Source of the DNA: Psammoneis japonica
Lineage: Eukaryota
DNA: 58,056 nt
Assembly: GCA_008632985.1 (NCBI GenBank)
Contig: QPGO01000075.1
Span: forward strand, 312,517-370,572
Direction: 5' to 3'
Shown here: positions 37,011 to 49,802 of the stretch, one piece after another
How positions within the stretch are numbered: position 1 is the first letter of the stretch
How the letters are laid out: every line of letters starts with the position of its first letter
Position numbers and translations under genes: made by a program
Notes under the pieces: model-generated
Databases searched by the model: none
What the model saw: only the letters and a program-made list of their open reading frames with translations
Told to the model about the DNA's origin: nothing

Positions 37011-38351
37011 ATGTTTGGAGGCATTCCGTTTGAACACTTTGCTCATAGTGGCGGCGCCGGTCGTTCGTTTCACGGTGGTCCTTCGTCTGAAGATGTCGAC
37101 ACGACCAAGTTGTATGAAACACTCGAAGTGCCCAAAAACGCTTCGGCCAAGGACATTAAAAAAGCTTATCGCAAGCTTTCTAGAACGCACCATCCCGATA
37201 AGGGCGGTGACGAGCACAAGTTTAAAGAAATCAACGCTGCTTATGAAATTCTGAGTGACGAAGACAAGCGCAAGGCCTACGACAAGTACGGACTCGACGG
37301 TGTTTCGGAAGATGGAGGTCCTGCGTCTGCGGGCGGTGAAGACTTGTTTAGCATGTTTTTCGGAGGAGGCTCTCGCCGAAGTGCTGGTCCGCGAAAGGGC
37401 CCGAGTGTCAATCACCCGCTCAAGGTGTCTCTGGAAGACTTGTACAATGGCAAGACGGTCAAGTTGGCAGTCAATCGCAAAGTCATTGTCGGCGATGTCA
37501 AGACGTGCAACTCCTGTGACGGACAAGGTATGGTGATGGAGGTACGTCAGTTGGGACCGGGTATGATTACGCAGATGCAACGTCCCTGTGGAGACTGCGG
37601 TGGAGAAGGAAATAAGGCGAAGACAAAGTCGGAGCGCAAGGTGCTCGAGGTGCATATCGATAAGGGTATGACGCACGGGCAGAAAATTACCTTTAGGGAA
37701 ATGGCTGATGAACACCCGAACATGGAAACGGGAGATATCAATTTTGTCATTCAAGAAAAGGATCACGAGCTGTTCAAGCGAAAGGGAGCCGATCTGTTGG
37801 TCACCAAGGATATTTCGCTGAATCAAGCCTTGACTGGTTTTGCGGTATGTACTGTTTTTCTCATTTTTGGAATACTCGTGTAGCGTTGTTATGGTCTTGC
37901 GTTCGCTCATACTCTATTATTATCAATTTTTTGCAGTGGAAGGTCAAGCACTTGGATGGCAGGGACATTCTCATCAAGACCAAACCGGGAGAAGTCATTC
38001 GTACAGAAATGAAGGATCCCATCACGGGAAAGATTATCCCTTTATAAAAATGGTCAAGGACGAGGGTATGCCCAGCCACGGCAATCCCTTTGTCAAGGAA
38101 ACTTGTACATTAACTTTCATGTTAAATTCCCGGAAGACGGAGCACTGTCGCCAGAAGTGGTGGAGACTCTCAAAAAAGCCTTGCCTGATCCGGATCCAGA
38201 GGTGGAGCATGATCCCATGGAGGTCGAAGAGGTTTTTATGGATGTGGCGGATTTGAGACACTTTGGAAAGGGAGGAGCTGCCATGACTGGCTCAGAGTAT
38301 GATTCCGATGAAGAGGGTGGTCCACAAGCGGTGCAATGTCAGCAATCATAG
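37011..38351 (+). CDS. DNAJA: Type I Hsp40/DnaJ (DNAJA family) co-chaperone; intron 37845-37936; two apparent 1-nt frameshifts in exon 2
   Basis: J domain with HPD, G/F region, CNSCDGQG and CGDCGGEG zinc-finger repeats, C-terminal CaaX box CQQS; GTATGT...TTGCAG intron; frame slips near 38040 and 38098 in homopolymer runs. Confidence 0.93.
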
Positions 38352-38469
38352 ATTTTCTAGTGAAGTGCACTGCGGGTTTTGGTTGTTTTGAGTGTAACGC
38401 GGTTTTCAGTTATTAGTGTGTTGTCGCTACGACTATTATCTATTTATTATGCTCATTCTAGCTCTAGTG

Positions 38470-41400
38470 TTAAAAAGCGGATCCCTTGAGTTCGACTCGT
38501 GTAAAGGCGTCGCCGCCGTCAGCGGAGTCGGCGCCCTCGAAGCTCTTGACCATGGATCGTTCTTGTTTCAGCCACGCACGAATCTTGGTCTTGAGCACAC
38601 CACTTGTGCCGTGGCCATGCAAAATATAACCACATTGCGTCCCGACACAGGCTCTGGCTAAACTTCTCCATACACTTTTGTTTTGCTTCTTCCATGTAGC
38701 TACCTCGAACATCAATCGTGTTTGAGGCGGTGCGGATACTAATAGATGATGACTTTTTCGTGGATCCTTGCTGCTGCTCTCGTGTCAGTGAGTTGGTACC
38801 CTGCTGTTGTCGTTCTGCTTGGATGGCCTTTCGAGCAGCCTTTGACAAGTTCTTTGGTCCGGTTTGTTGCGTCGAAGCAGAGGATTTCATGGGGGCAACG
38901 CCGTCAATTGGCATTGCAACTTCTGTGTTTTTCATCGAATGACAACTCCCGCACTTTGACTTGGAACTGGTTTCCAACTTGCATAATGGTCCCCTTCTTT
39001 CCCATCATGGGACCCTTCTTACACACCATGATTGCGTCGCCCACCTTGAGAACAGGCTTTTCACGCATTTCCGCCAAGGGAACAAGATCAGACAAGGTCT
39101 TTTCCCGCACCGCCGCATTTTTTACCTTCTGTGCTACAACACTCGGTACATTTTCAGCGTCGTTCAGCGCGTCTCGCTTGACAAACTTGACATCCTCCCA
39201 ACTCTTGGCAACGACACGACGGGATGGATTGGACTTGAGCTTGTCCAAAATGTCTTCGAGCAAGCTTTCCTTTTCTTCTAGCTTTTTAGCGAATTTCTTG
39301 GCTTCCTCTCGCCGTGCACTCAATTGTTTGGATTCCAGTTTTGCTTGTTGGGCACGCATCTCTTCTTGCAGTTTTTCCATTTCCTTCTTTTTCGCAGCCA
39401 TTTCTTCTACTTGCTTATCCACCAAGGCCTTTTGATCTTCCAGCTCTCGAATCAAATCACCCATTTGACGCGTTTCTTGATCCAACAAGGCATTGGCACG
39501 GTCAATAACAGTTCGAGGGAGGTTGAGTCTTTCGGCAACGGCAAGAGCAAATGATTCTCCTACTGTTCCCGGCAGTAATTTATAGGTGGGCCGGCCGTTG
39601 ACAAACTGCATTCCACCAACGGCAAAGCGATCATCGGATGCTGCCAACTGCTTGAGTTCCATGTAATGGGTTGTAATTGCGACACGCGCACCTGTCTCCA
39701 CGAGAGCTTCCAACAAGGCTTGTGCAATGGCTACACCCTGAGAAGGATCTGTGCCACTACCTAGCTCATCCATAAGGACAAGAGCATTCTGACCGGCGTT
39801 TGCCAATACCTCGCGACACACCAACATGTGTCCTGAAAAGGTGGACAAGTCACCGCCGACACTCTGCAAATCACCAATATCAGCAAGAACAGGATTGAAA
39901 AAGTCAACTCGTGGCTTGTAGTCCTCGTCGACATGGATACCGCCCGCTGGTGCAGCTGTAACAGGAATACCGGTTCGAGCCATGAGAGCCACCAAACCCA
40001 ACAGTTTCAGAATAACAGTCTTACCACCCGAGTTGGGTCCGGTGAGCACTAGACCTTGATTTCCGTTTGCGCCAACATCAATGTCGCTCCCGACGACATT
40101 GTCCAATCCCGAAGAAGCAATACGGGGTGCTTGGCATTGGCAAGCGATACAATGCCTTCATTGCCAACGGTTGGAATGACTCCATTGAGCTTTCTTCCCA
40201 CAACACCCGGGCCACGACAAGGTCGAGTTGTCCGGCTGCGGCCACGGCTTGTTCTAGATCCTGACGATTGGCGAGAATCTGTTCCGACAAGAGTCGCCAT
40301 ACCCGTGCTTCTTCTGCACGTAATTCACCCTCGGCTTGTCTTAGCTCATTGGTGGTTCCTACAATTTCGGTTGGCTCCACATAGACGGTTTTACCTGACC
40401 GTGACGCGTCATGAACAATCCCGACGGATGCCTTGTTGTTTGCCTTTTCGTCAATTGGAATGACAATCCTTCCATTAATTTCAGAGTACGTGGCACCACC
40501 GCTTTCCGTCGCTATCTTCGACTTGATGGATGGCGTTGTCAATAATGTATCAAGCGTATCAAGAATATCGCCCTTGAGTGTTCGAACCTTGGCACGCAAT
40601 TGTCCAATGGTGGGAAAGGTGGTCCCACTCAGCCTACCATTCTTATCGAATGCGTTATGAAGTAAATCCTGAAGCGTAGCATTGACCGTAATACAGTCTC
40701 CCAGCTTTGGCAGCTCTTCAAACATTCGCTTCTTTTCACCATTAGTCTCGTCGCTTTCCACTTTGCTCAGACCTTTCGACCACAATGTGATATCCTCCAG
40801 AACGTCCATCATTGTGGAAACCTCGAGAATCTCTGGGCCTTCCAGCACTTGTCCATTATCTACCATATCCATTATTGATTTTAGATTAAATGTCATGCCC
40901 TGAAACGGAGGTGGACCCAAACTCTCCTTGTACCCTCGTCGATTTCTCCAATACGCGTCTCGGAGCACCGACATGTTGTCGACGTCGTGGCTGTCGGGAT
41001 CCGGCAAGAGAGCTTGCATTTCCTTTACAGCGTCGTATCGGCTTTGGATTCCTTCCACAGAATCAGCAGTCAATGGCATGTATGCGTTTGATGACAAGGC
41101 CTTTTTGCTCTTTTTTGCCTTGCTTTGTCCCTGCGTCGGAGGTAGCGCCATGGCACGACCGGGTACGGTGGAGCATTCTTCCTCAAGCGCAGACAGTACA
41201 ATTGGAAAATCCAAAGTATCGAGCGTGCGTTGAAACAAATCAAGCGCTTCATCCTTGGGTCCGTCACTGTGTGCTTTTGATTTCGATTGAGTTAACTTTT
41301 TCTTGGGCATGTTGTTGTTCCTGTTGAATTTTCTTGCATTCAACCATGATTCGTCCAACAAGCGATCCTCGTTTTCATCTTTTAACTTTGTGGGTGCATC

Positions 41401-41556
41401 AAAGGTTGGGTCTTTTGTTGGATCCCACTTTACCGGTTGTCTCAGTACCGAATACCCACTTGTTCCCGCACGTTCTCCGTCTTGCTGTTGCGTACCCATC
41501 ACGGCACACGTGAACGACGGTCTCTTGATGACGAAGCATACCGACCGACAAAGCAT
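38470..41556 (-). CDS. mutS2: MutS2-family ATPase with C-terminal Smr domain (split by apparent frameshifts near 40190, 38930 and 38640)
   Basis: SRSGKTVYVEP, AKHPVL, Walker A TGPNSGGKT, LSTFSGH, MDELGSGTDP, TTHY, coiled coil, then IDVRG and LHGHGTSGVLK (Smr). Confidence 0.9.
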
Positions 41557-42070
41557 CGTCCTTCTCTCAAGAAAAGCGCCAGCAACAAGATTCTCGTACC
41601 GCCATTTTCTGTTGTCTATGTTTTATGTTTCAACGAGCGATAGGATACCGTATTCTGAGTCATGGTTGCGCCAATCAGTTGTCTGTTGTTGTTCGTTGTT
41701 CATCCTCTCAAAGAAAAAAAGGTCGGAGGTGGAGGGAAGTTCTGACCGCTGACCCCGCTGACCGCGCGTCTCCACGTCAGCTGTTTTTCCGTACGTCGTA
41801 CAGGCGAAATAATTATTGTATATAGCTTCGTATACATCATTTAAATTCAAATTCTCAGTGACGATTACGCGCACGCACGCGACAAACGGCCACTTTCTGT
41901 CGCGCCATCCGCGGACGAGCAAACACAAGCTGAACTCAAGGATAAGCATTTCTGCTTGCCGTTGTTCTTGTTGTTGTGTTTGATCACTTTGTTGACTGCT
42001 ACTAGACCTTAGTTGTCTTTCTTTTGCTATCAAACGTCTCTTGACTGTACCGTCCAACTTTTATACAATC

Positions 42071-42864
42071 ATGGGTGGCAAACGCAAAGGTACAAGTGTG
42101 TCTGCACCTGCCGTCACGACGAGTGTGGTGTCACACGGCACCACTACTCAAGACTCTTGGGAAGCAACCATGTACAAGCTCAAAGAGATGAATAGTAACG
42201 AAAACCTTTTTGGATATGTAAATATCGGTCTCCAAAAGAGCAGCGAGTGCATGGCAGCGCTGCAAGCCTCTCAGAGCGAGGTTGAGAAAAAGGCTGAATT
42301 GATCAAGAACAATCTCACCCATCAGATTGAACAAGCTCGCGAAGCCTGTCGTGCAGAGTCGAACGACTTGTACCAAATCAAGGAGAATCTATCTCGACTG
42401 GAATATGAAAAGAATTCTCTCAAGGATGCATTGGCACAAGTGGAAGTCAACAAGCACGCGTCGGTTCAACGAATTCACAAATACCAGCAGGAAGCCAAGC
42501 AACAAGTCGAATCGATGATCAGGTAGAGGCGGAACGCATCAAGCAAGTTCCTCGTCTCAAGAGTCAAATTTCACTGTACGCCAAGGTGACGGGTATCAAG
42601 TGGGACTATGATCGGCAAGACGTTATTGCGGGAGAAGTGGTATGTAGATTGTTGGCAGGTAGTCTTGCGCCTGTTGACTATGAAGTAGATACCCTGCAAC
42701 TCACTTGCTCATTCGTTGTTTTCTGTTTTCACTGTCTTCCAAAAGGCTGTTCCCGGGAAGGCTAGTATGCGTCGCTTCTCGATTGATCCCAAAAGCATTC
42801 AGAGTTTGAAATCGTAAACATGTTGTGGAGTCTCAAGGATGGTACTTTTCCGATGGAGGGTTGA
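42071..42864 (+). CDS. SPC24: Kinetochore NDC80-complex subunit Spc24-like; one intron (about 42640-42745); apparent frameshifts
   Basis: N-terminal coiled coil followed by SLYAKVTGIKWDY and FEIVNMLW, typical of the Spc24 C-terminal domain; divergent from mutS2. Confidence 0.65.
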
Positions 42865-43481
42865 TTTACACCAAACATACCGCACGGTACTTTTCAACTC
42901 TGTCGTTCTCCATCGAAATAGCGCTGCAATAAAGATTATAGGGATATCTTTGTTGTTGTCAAGAGTAACGTCGAGTACCATTGTTTGTTCTCGTTGTTTC
43001 TGCCCGTAACACAAACGTGAAGATGGGTTCTGCATTATGGCGATTTTCTTTTCAGCATCAGATCGGCGCTCTCTTGACTCGTTCGGAAATGGTTGTATTG
43101 ATGCATAAGAAGCTAGCTCCTTCCTTTGTAAGGTTACAGTAACATTTCATCCAGAGTAATGAGTATAAGCACCTCGGTATTGTTATTCGTGCCCGATGTG
43201 CATAAAGGCGAAACAAACACAGAGCGCGACAACGGATGCGAAGCTCCACCCCGAGTAAGCATTGGGAGGTGGGTCGTCTGTGGTATGTTATAGGTACAAG
43301 ACGCATGCATGCGACAAAAGAATTCCAGGTAAGATGCATTCTAATAGAGTTTGGTCTAAAGTGAATTTGTGGAAACGCGACCGAGCTTTAAGTCTCTGTA
43401 CAAAGAGCCTTTTGTTGGCATACGCAGCTTCCTCCTCAAAAGTGCCGCAGAAGCGACATTCTAATAGCCTTCTTGTACAGT

Positions 43482-44263
43482 TTATTCCACGTAATGCGCA
43501 GAGGATGTTTGAGATTGACTCTCCCACTCCATTTCTAGCTCATTCGTGCGTTCTGTTTCAGCGGTCTCCAGCTGCTCTTTGCTAAAGCCTGAAACCGCAA
43601 TCAACCGTTCCTTGCGTTCATCAGGACTGAGTCGTTTTGGTGGTTCTGGCAAATACTGATAGTGGCACAGTTGCTCAAGCGATTCTTCGTCTTGTGAAAG
43701 ACTGCTCTCCCGTTTCTTTTGTTCCATAAAGGTATCAACGTCCACCACAGTCAGCTTGGATTATGCTTCCAATCCAACGACAGCGGCACGCCTTCTTCAC
43801 AAAAGGGGTGATCGCCAATTGTCAGCGCGTATTCTCGAATCTCCACATTGGTAAATTTGATTTTTCGCTTCTTGGAGCGACGACAAGTCGACGAGGAATC
43901 GTGAAGACTTGCCCACGATTGATTGATCGAGTGCAAATGAAGCCACGATTCGTTGCAATCATCGTGGTTTTCGTTTTCCAGCAGAAAGTCATCAAACAAG
44001 TCGCTTTCAAAGGACGAATCCGAAACGTCCAAAAAGTGCGAAAACTCATCGTAGCTGCTGCTGCTGCTATCGTCATCGTCGTCACTGTCGTACCAACTAA
44101 AACTGCATTGTTTGGATTGGTCCTTGATGGGAGAAGTAGTAGGAAGTTGTTGTTGTTGTTCTAGCGCCATGGGATTTTGAAGTGGGTTCTTTTCTTCGTC
44201 CTGATTGCTACAACAAGAAGTGATTGATTGATTTCGATGGTGATTGGGAACAAGAGACTCCAT
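43482..44263 (-). CDS. Hypothetical diatom-type protein (IREYxxTIGDHP...PLSLDW motif); apparent frameshift near 43750
   Basis: Acidic/Ser-rich N-terminus, KIKFTNVEIREYALTIGDHPFCEEGVPLSLDWKH, continuing as PPKRLSPDERKERL in ORF 43482-43748. Confidence 0.7.
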
Positions 44264-44620
44264 TATTGATGGTTTTCGTTTCGTGTTTTGTGTCTTTGCA
44301 GCTTGCAGTTTCGATGTGTTGGGTGTGCGTTTGTGCTGAGCGGGCTTCGGATCGCAAAATTGTGAGGTGCACGTTTCGTGACGTTGTCGCTTGTCGCGCG
44401 CCATCCGTCAAAAAGTTCAATGACGCGCTGGTATCTGGTATGTTCTCTACTTACGTACTGTGTACGTGCCACGTATGTATGCGTGCGTGTTGAAGATAGT
44501 GATCGACACAGTGTCGTGGCAGATTTTTAGCTCGAATGCTACTTATCAAAATAGCTCGTGATTTCTCTCGAAAAAAATTTCGCAGTGCCCTCTCTTGCAG
44601 CAGCTGCTCTCTAGAGAGTA

Positions 44621-47600
44621 GACTGGTGAGTGCAATGGAGGGTGTCTGTCCGCTGAGTCTTGTTCATTGTTCACCTCAAGCTCCACATGCATCAAAGGTC
44701 ACACATCTCATCAGAGCACCCGTTGCAGTGGTCAACACCGCCTTCTTTTCCCGCGGTGATTTTTTTTTCCTTTTGCAGGTTAAAACAATGTGCACTGTCA
44801 AACCTCATTGTGTTGACTGTGATTGAGGATGAACAATTTTGTGCCATGGGGTCTGAGGATCTCCCTGCTCCCTGTGAGAAAACATGTTTCACTGTGAAAC
44901 AACCACCCGTTTTTCCCATGAGAGTGCTGCCCACCCCCTCCATCCCCGCGGGTTGTTGTTTGCATTTCATTCAAATGACACTGATGGAGACAACACTGTG
45001 CAAGTTTGCAGCAGCAGCTGCAGCTCTTTTTCTTGAAGTGCCACTGCCAGCAGCCACCTTGTTCATTGCCAAAAAGTGCAGAACATGTTGTGAGAGTGCA
45101 GCCAGTGTGGATGAGCCAACACAGCCAAGAACAGGAACAGCAACACAGACTTGCCGGTGCATCCAGTGCCGCTGATTCTGGAGCAGGTGAGTTTGCAGCA
45201 GGAGCTGCTGTTCCATGATTTGAGCTGCTGCTGCTCTGACCCACCTTGTTCATTGCCAAAAGGGCAAAATGCCAACTGAGTTTGCCGCGCACCTCCCCAT
45301 GCTGTGGATGGTTTGTTGATGGCATGTTTGGAGCAAGGACCAGAAACAGCAGAGAGACTTGGGAAGCCTTTAAAAATGAGCTTGACAACTCAGGCAACCT
45401 CCAATGGGTTGCCCCCCCACTCTCTGCCTCTGCAGTCTTTCTGGATCTGGANGCAGTCTTTCTGGATCTGGACAAAAATTGGAGAAGACAGGTGCAACAT
45501 TGGCAAATGTGTCAAAAACCAATGAACCTCTTTTTGCACATGCCTTGTTTGAAGAGTGTGTCACATGTGGTGAGCACTGTTTCATGTGTGCAATTCTGAG
45601 AGCCATGGGAACAAGCACCACCTGCAGTCTTTCTGGATCTGGATGCAAAAATTGGAGAAAACAGATGTGTTGTTGGTGAATGCATCAAAAACCAATGAAC
45701 CTCTTTTTGCACATGCCTTGTTTGAAGAGTGCCATTTGTGGCAACTTGCAACAATTCTGGATGCAGAACTCTGAAACATGCAATTGTGCCAATGCTGCAG
45801 AAAAGTTTGTGTGACATGCATGTGCACAACAACATGCTGGCTCAGCATTCTGGATGGCAATTCTTTGATGCAGCAGATTTGTGACAGCACACTCACAATC
45901 ACTAAACTCAAGCAATGCTCCAATCAAAACCCATCTTGACCAACCAGAAGGACAGCAGGTCTCGCCACACATTGAGCTGCTGTCATCGGCCTGTGGGTTG
46001 GAGTTTTTCACCACCATGGCAGGTCATTGATTTGCAGCTTTGTGACCACATGTAGAATCCATGTGAATCATGACATTGCATGCTCTTGCTTTTCAGTTTT
46101 TGGTGAGAGGGTGTGCACTGTTGTGAAGTGTGCAGAAAATTGCACATGCAAAAAAATGCTCAAAATGCTGTGGACCAACAGGCAGTGCAAATCTGGGAAT
46201 CACAAAGAGAAATTTAAAATGAGGGTGGGTCACGTGCATGTGTGAAGCAGACTGCACATGTGCAAAGATGTGTGCACATGTGAGTGGGAAGGGCCAAAGT
46301 TAAAACCAAGTTCAAGTTGATGATTGTCAAAAGGAAACCAAATCATGCATCACAAAAAATGGATGTCAATCCCAATTAAAACAAAATTGCATGCATTTGA
46401 TTGAAGCTTGTGTGCAAGAAAAGCTGGTGAGACATCAGATGAAACACACAAAACAGCTGCATTTTGTTGAGCACTGTTGCTGGCATTTTTCAAATTTGGC
46501 TTGTTGGCAATTTCAACAGTGCACATCAAAAAATTTACAAAGGAAAGTGGAGACCACTGTGTTGCAGCCTCTGATGCTCAAAAGTTTGTGGATGGTCAAC
46601 TGCGGCAGTTTTTGGAGAACAAATGGTGTGCAGCCACCACACACACCCTCATGTCAATGATGTGCTCAAGCTCTGTTGCTTTTTCTTTTTCTTGCTGACC
46701 ACATTCAAAAAATGCAAAGAAGTGCCACAGAAACCCAAAACACAGGACAAAAAAGGCCAAGAAGAGCCGCATGACAAGGTGTGCAGATGTCTGGGAAAAA
46801 AAGGTGCATTCTCAGCAGCATTCCTGCTCTCTTGTGAGCCAGCCAGAAGCCAACATCACTGGGGATTTTTGATGCATGTTCTGAGTTGTGGAACATTGTT
46901 GCCAGCCAAATGCTCCAGACAAGCCATGTGGTGAGTGTGGAGCTTCAGCTGCTCAAAAGACATTGACAAAGCTTGCTTGTGAGACATTGATGAAGCTGGA
47001 TGCTGCTGCCGCTGCTCTGGTGCTGCTCATTGTTTGAAGTGACTGCTTGTGCAGCCCTTGTTTGTTGCAAAAAGAGCTCACAATGGAAGCTGCTGCTGTT
47101 CATCACCATCATTTGGAACATTTGCTTGTGCACAGCCCTTGTTTGCAACAAAAAATGTCAAAGCCACCACCATTGCTGCTGCTGCTCATCATCATTGGGA
47201 GCACCTGCTTCATGTGACACTTGCTTGCCTGCAACAAGATGTTGGCTGCTGCTGCTGCCTCCACTCATCATTTGGAGCAACTGCCTCTGCTCTTCTGAGC
47301 TGGTGCTGCAGCTTGATGTTAGAAGACACACAGCTCCTGCTCTGGCAGTGCTTGTGCAGAGACTGAAGCAAGCTCCAATGAGCAAACACAGAGCCCCCAA
47401 ACCAATGGCATCTGGCACCAACTTTTTACAGTCAATTGGCAAAAATGTTCTCTCTTGGCAGCACTTTCATCTCTCTTTGTTGTTTTCTCCTCTGCACCAA
47501 GAGCACCAAGGTCCTTTGCAACATTTTTCTCATCACATGTGTGCGCTGTTGTCAGCAGCTTGCAAGAGACCTCAATTTGAAAATGGGGTTGGTTCATTTT

Positions 47601-49526
47601 CCTTGTCATTGGAACTTTCTCAAGGGGAGTCAACAGGTCCAGACAATGACGTTTGTTGCTTTTCCCTGCACTGCAAAGCTGACCAATCTCTCTCAGGTGG
47701 AAAGCATGCACAAAATTGTCCACAGACAAATGGCAGTCTGTGCTGGATCCAGCAAGAAAGTTTCCAAAACATTGTCGGCAAAGTGAAGCTTTCACTTGCA
47801 TGGACTTGGCAGTGTTTTGAGTTGGAGCAATCTTTTTGCATGAGACAAAACAAGAGAGCAGACAGAACAGGTCCATGTCATTGTTCAATGTGAGTGTGGG
47901 TTTAGAGTGCCAACAGAGGTTGCAGTGTGGACAATGACAAAGTGCAGATTGCATGAAATGCATTTTCTGACAGAATGAGCCAAAATGCCAAAGATGCTGA
48001 TCTAAGAACAAGAGATGGCTTGTGATGTGCAACTCCAGAAAAATTCAGCAAAGACACATGCCAGTGCTCTTTTTCAGGTCGTTTGCTCGATGATTGCCCT
48101 CCAATTGTGGCATCCTCAACAACAAACGGCGGTGACAAGACAAAGATGTGGACCTGCGCAGAGACCTCATTCACACCTTGTTGGTGCAAAACCTTTGAAG
48201 CACCAGGGAGTGCATCCATTGTCAATGGGGTCAACATTGACGAAGCTCTGTGCAGATCCATTTGGATGAATCCCAACTCTCGAAAGCGGAACTTGCCATT
48301 GATCGGCTGCAGACACATTCCAGACATGGTGGGAATCTGTGTGACATTGGGCCCATGGAATTCCATGTGCAAGCTCAGCAGTAAAACCATCAGGCAATTA
48401 ATGCGCCAATGATCGCCAACAGAAAATGAGGCAATTTTGCGAACGCACAAACTCGTCCATGATTGAAGTGCATCATTTTTTGCTCAGCCAGGTGCACTCT
48501 TCAGACATTGAAGAATGCACCTGGAGCATTTGTGTTCCTGTGATTTTGTCAAACAAAACATCTGGGGTTTCGCAAAACAGCAAGTCTGGAACAATTTTTT
48601 GGAAGATCACACGCAGAAATGTGCACGCGAAATGTGCGACGGATGAAAAAAACAATTGTGTCACACGTCAGCACTGCGAGCTCCCACCTGCCAGGGCTGG
48701 GACGCATCTGCAGTTGCACGAAAGTTGTTGCGTTTTGAGCTGTGCCAGCCAAAGAGGGGAACTGTGCAATCTGGCTGCGGCTGGGTGGGATCACAAACAA
48801 AGCCTTCAAGGCGACACAGGGTGCAGCCGTTCTGCTGTGTGGGGCCGCCGTCAATGTGCTCTCCTGAGTCACTGTCCTGGACAATGTCGTCAACTTCTGT
48901 GTGCCTCTCAGGCTGTGTTGTGATGAAATTGTTAGAAAGCTGGTCATGTCACCAAGCAAACATCGGAGCGGTGCTGCGTGGTTGCTCCTCATGTGGACTG
49001 AAGATGTGGCCATTGAAGACAAACTCACGGCATCCATTTTTCGACGTTCTTGCGGTTGCTTCCAAAGACAAAACATGACTTTCAGGAACGGAATTCCAAC
49101 ATGGATCTGATGATGCAAAATGGTCCTGCAAGTTCCCGTTGCACCATGTGTGCATTGGAGTTGGGCCATTGGCATCGGGACAGACATCACTCGCAAGACA
49201 AAATTTGTGCAGTTTGTGACTTTCTGCCAAAAAAGTTTTGCCGTGCTTGCAACACAGCAACCAAGGGCAACTTTGGACAATCAAGGTGAGTGCAATGGAG
49301 GGGCTCCACCCACCAACTCTCATTTGTTTTGCACTCCTTGTGCACCAGAGGTCTGACATGCATGTCAAAAGTTTTTGGACAGTGAGCTGTGTTTTGGACA
49401 AGAATGAACGGCTCTTGCTCACCTGCTGAGTGTCCAGTGCAGCTCAACTCCACTGCACTTGATGGGCTCCAGTCCCAGGTGGTGACATTGGGCCCACAGA
49501 ATTTTGCGTGCGAGCTCCGCAGCAAA
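44621..49526. mobile_element. TpA-depleted block of degenerate repeat DNA, block 3 (host of the copia insertion; continues at 57349-58056)
   Basis: TA nearly absent; internal duplications at about 45431-45560/45623-45731 and 47040-47280; 48428-48708 is homologous to 57396-57675. Confidence 0.75.
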
Positions 49527-49802
49527 TGACAGAAATTGAAGGCAAATGGCAAGAATTCAAACAATGACTCCTCACTGCTGTCTAAATGGCAGATGAGTCT
49601 CCGCTCAGAGACTGTCACAGGAGCCGAAAGACGTGCAAGTCGGTGCAATCGGGCTACTGTCATTATTCTTGTGAGCCTTGTGGCTCGAAAGCAAACTACA
49701 TCGCGCGTGAACGCGCGGAACTAAAGCACACAAAACTGTGCACGGTAAACTAAACAGCGCGCGATGCTTCGCGCGCACCCAAATCCTGTTCAAATCCTGT
49801 CA
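49527..49802 (-). repeat. 3' LTR of the copia element
   Basis: 262/276 identical to 56357-56632 by manual alignment, no indels; preceded on the minus strand by the PPT. Confidence 0.95.

Noticed and set aside
38470..41556. MutS2 as the effector of the hypermutation
   Set aside because: It looks like an ordinary MutS2-Smr protein; proximity alone is not evidence in a eukaryotic genome.
37011..44263. Frameshifts in DNAJA, mutS2, SPC24-like and the neighbouring gene as programmed frameshifting or pseudogenisation
   Set aside because: Slips are about 1 nt, several in homopolymer runs, and affect several otherwise intact conserved genes; assembly indel error is the simplest explanation. Short-read polishing would settle it.
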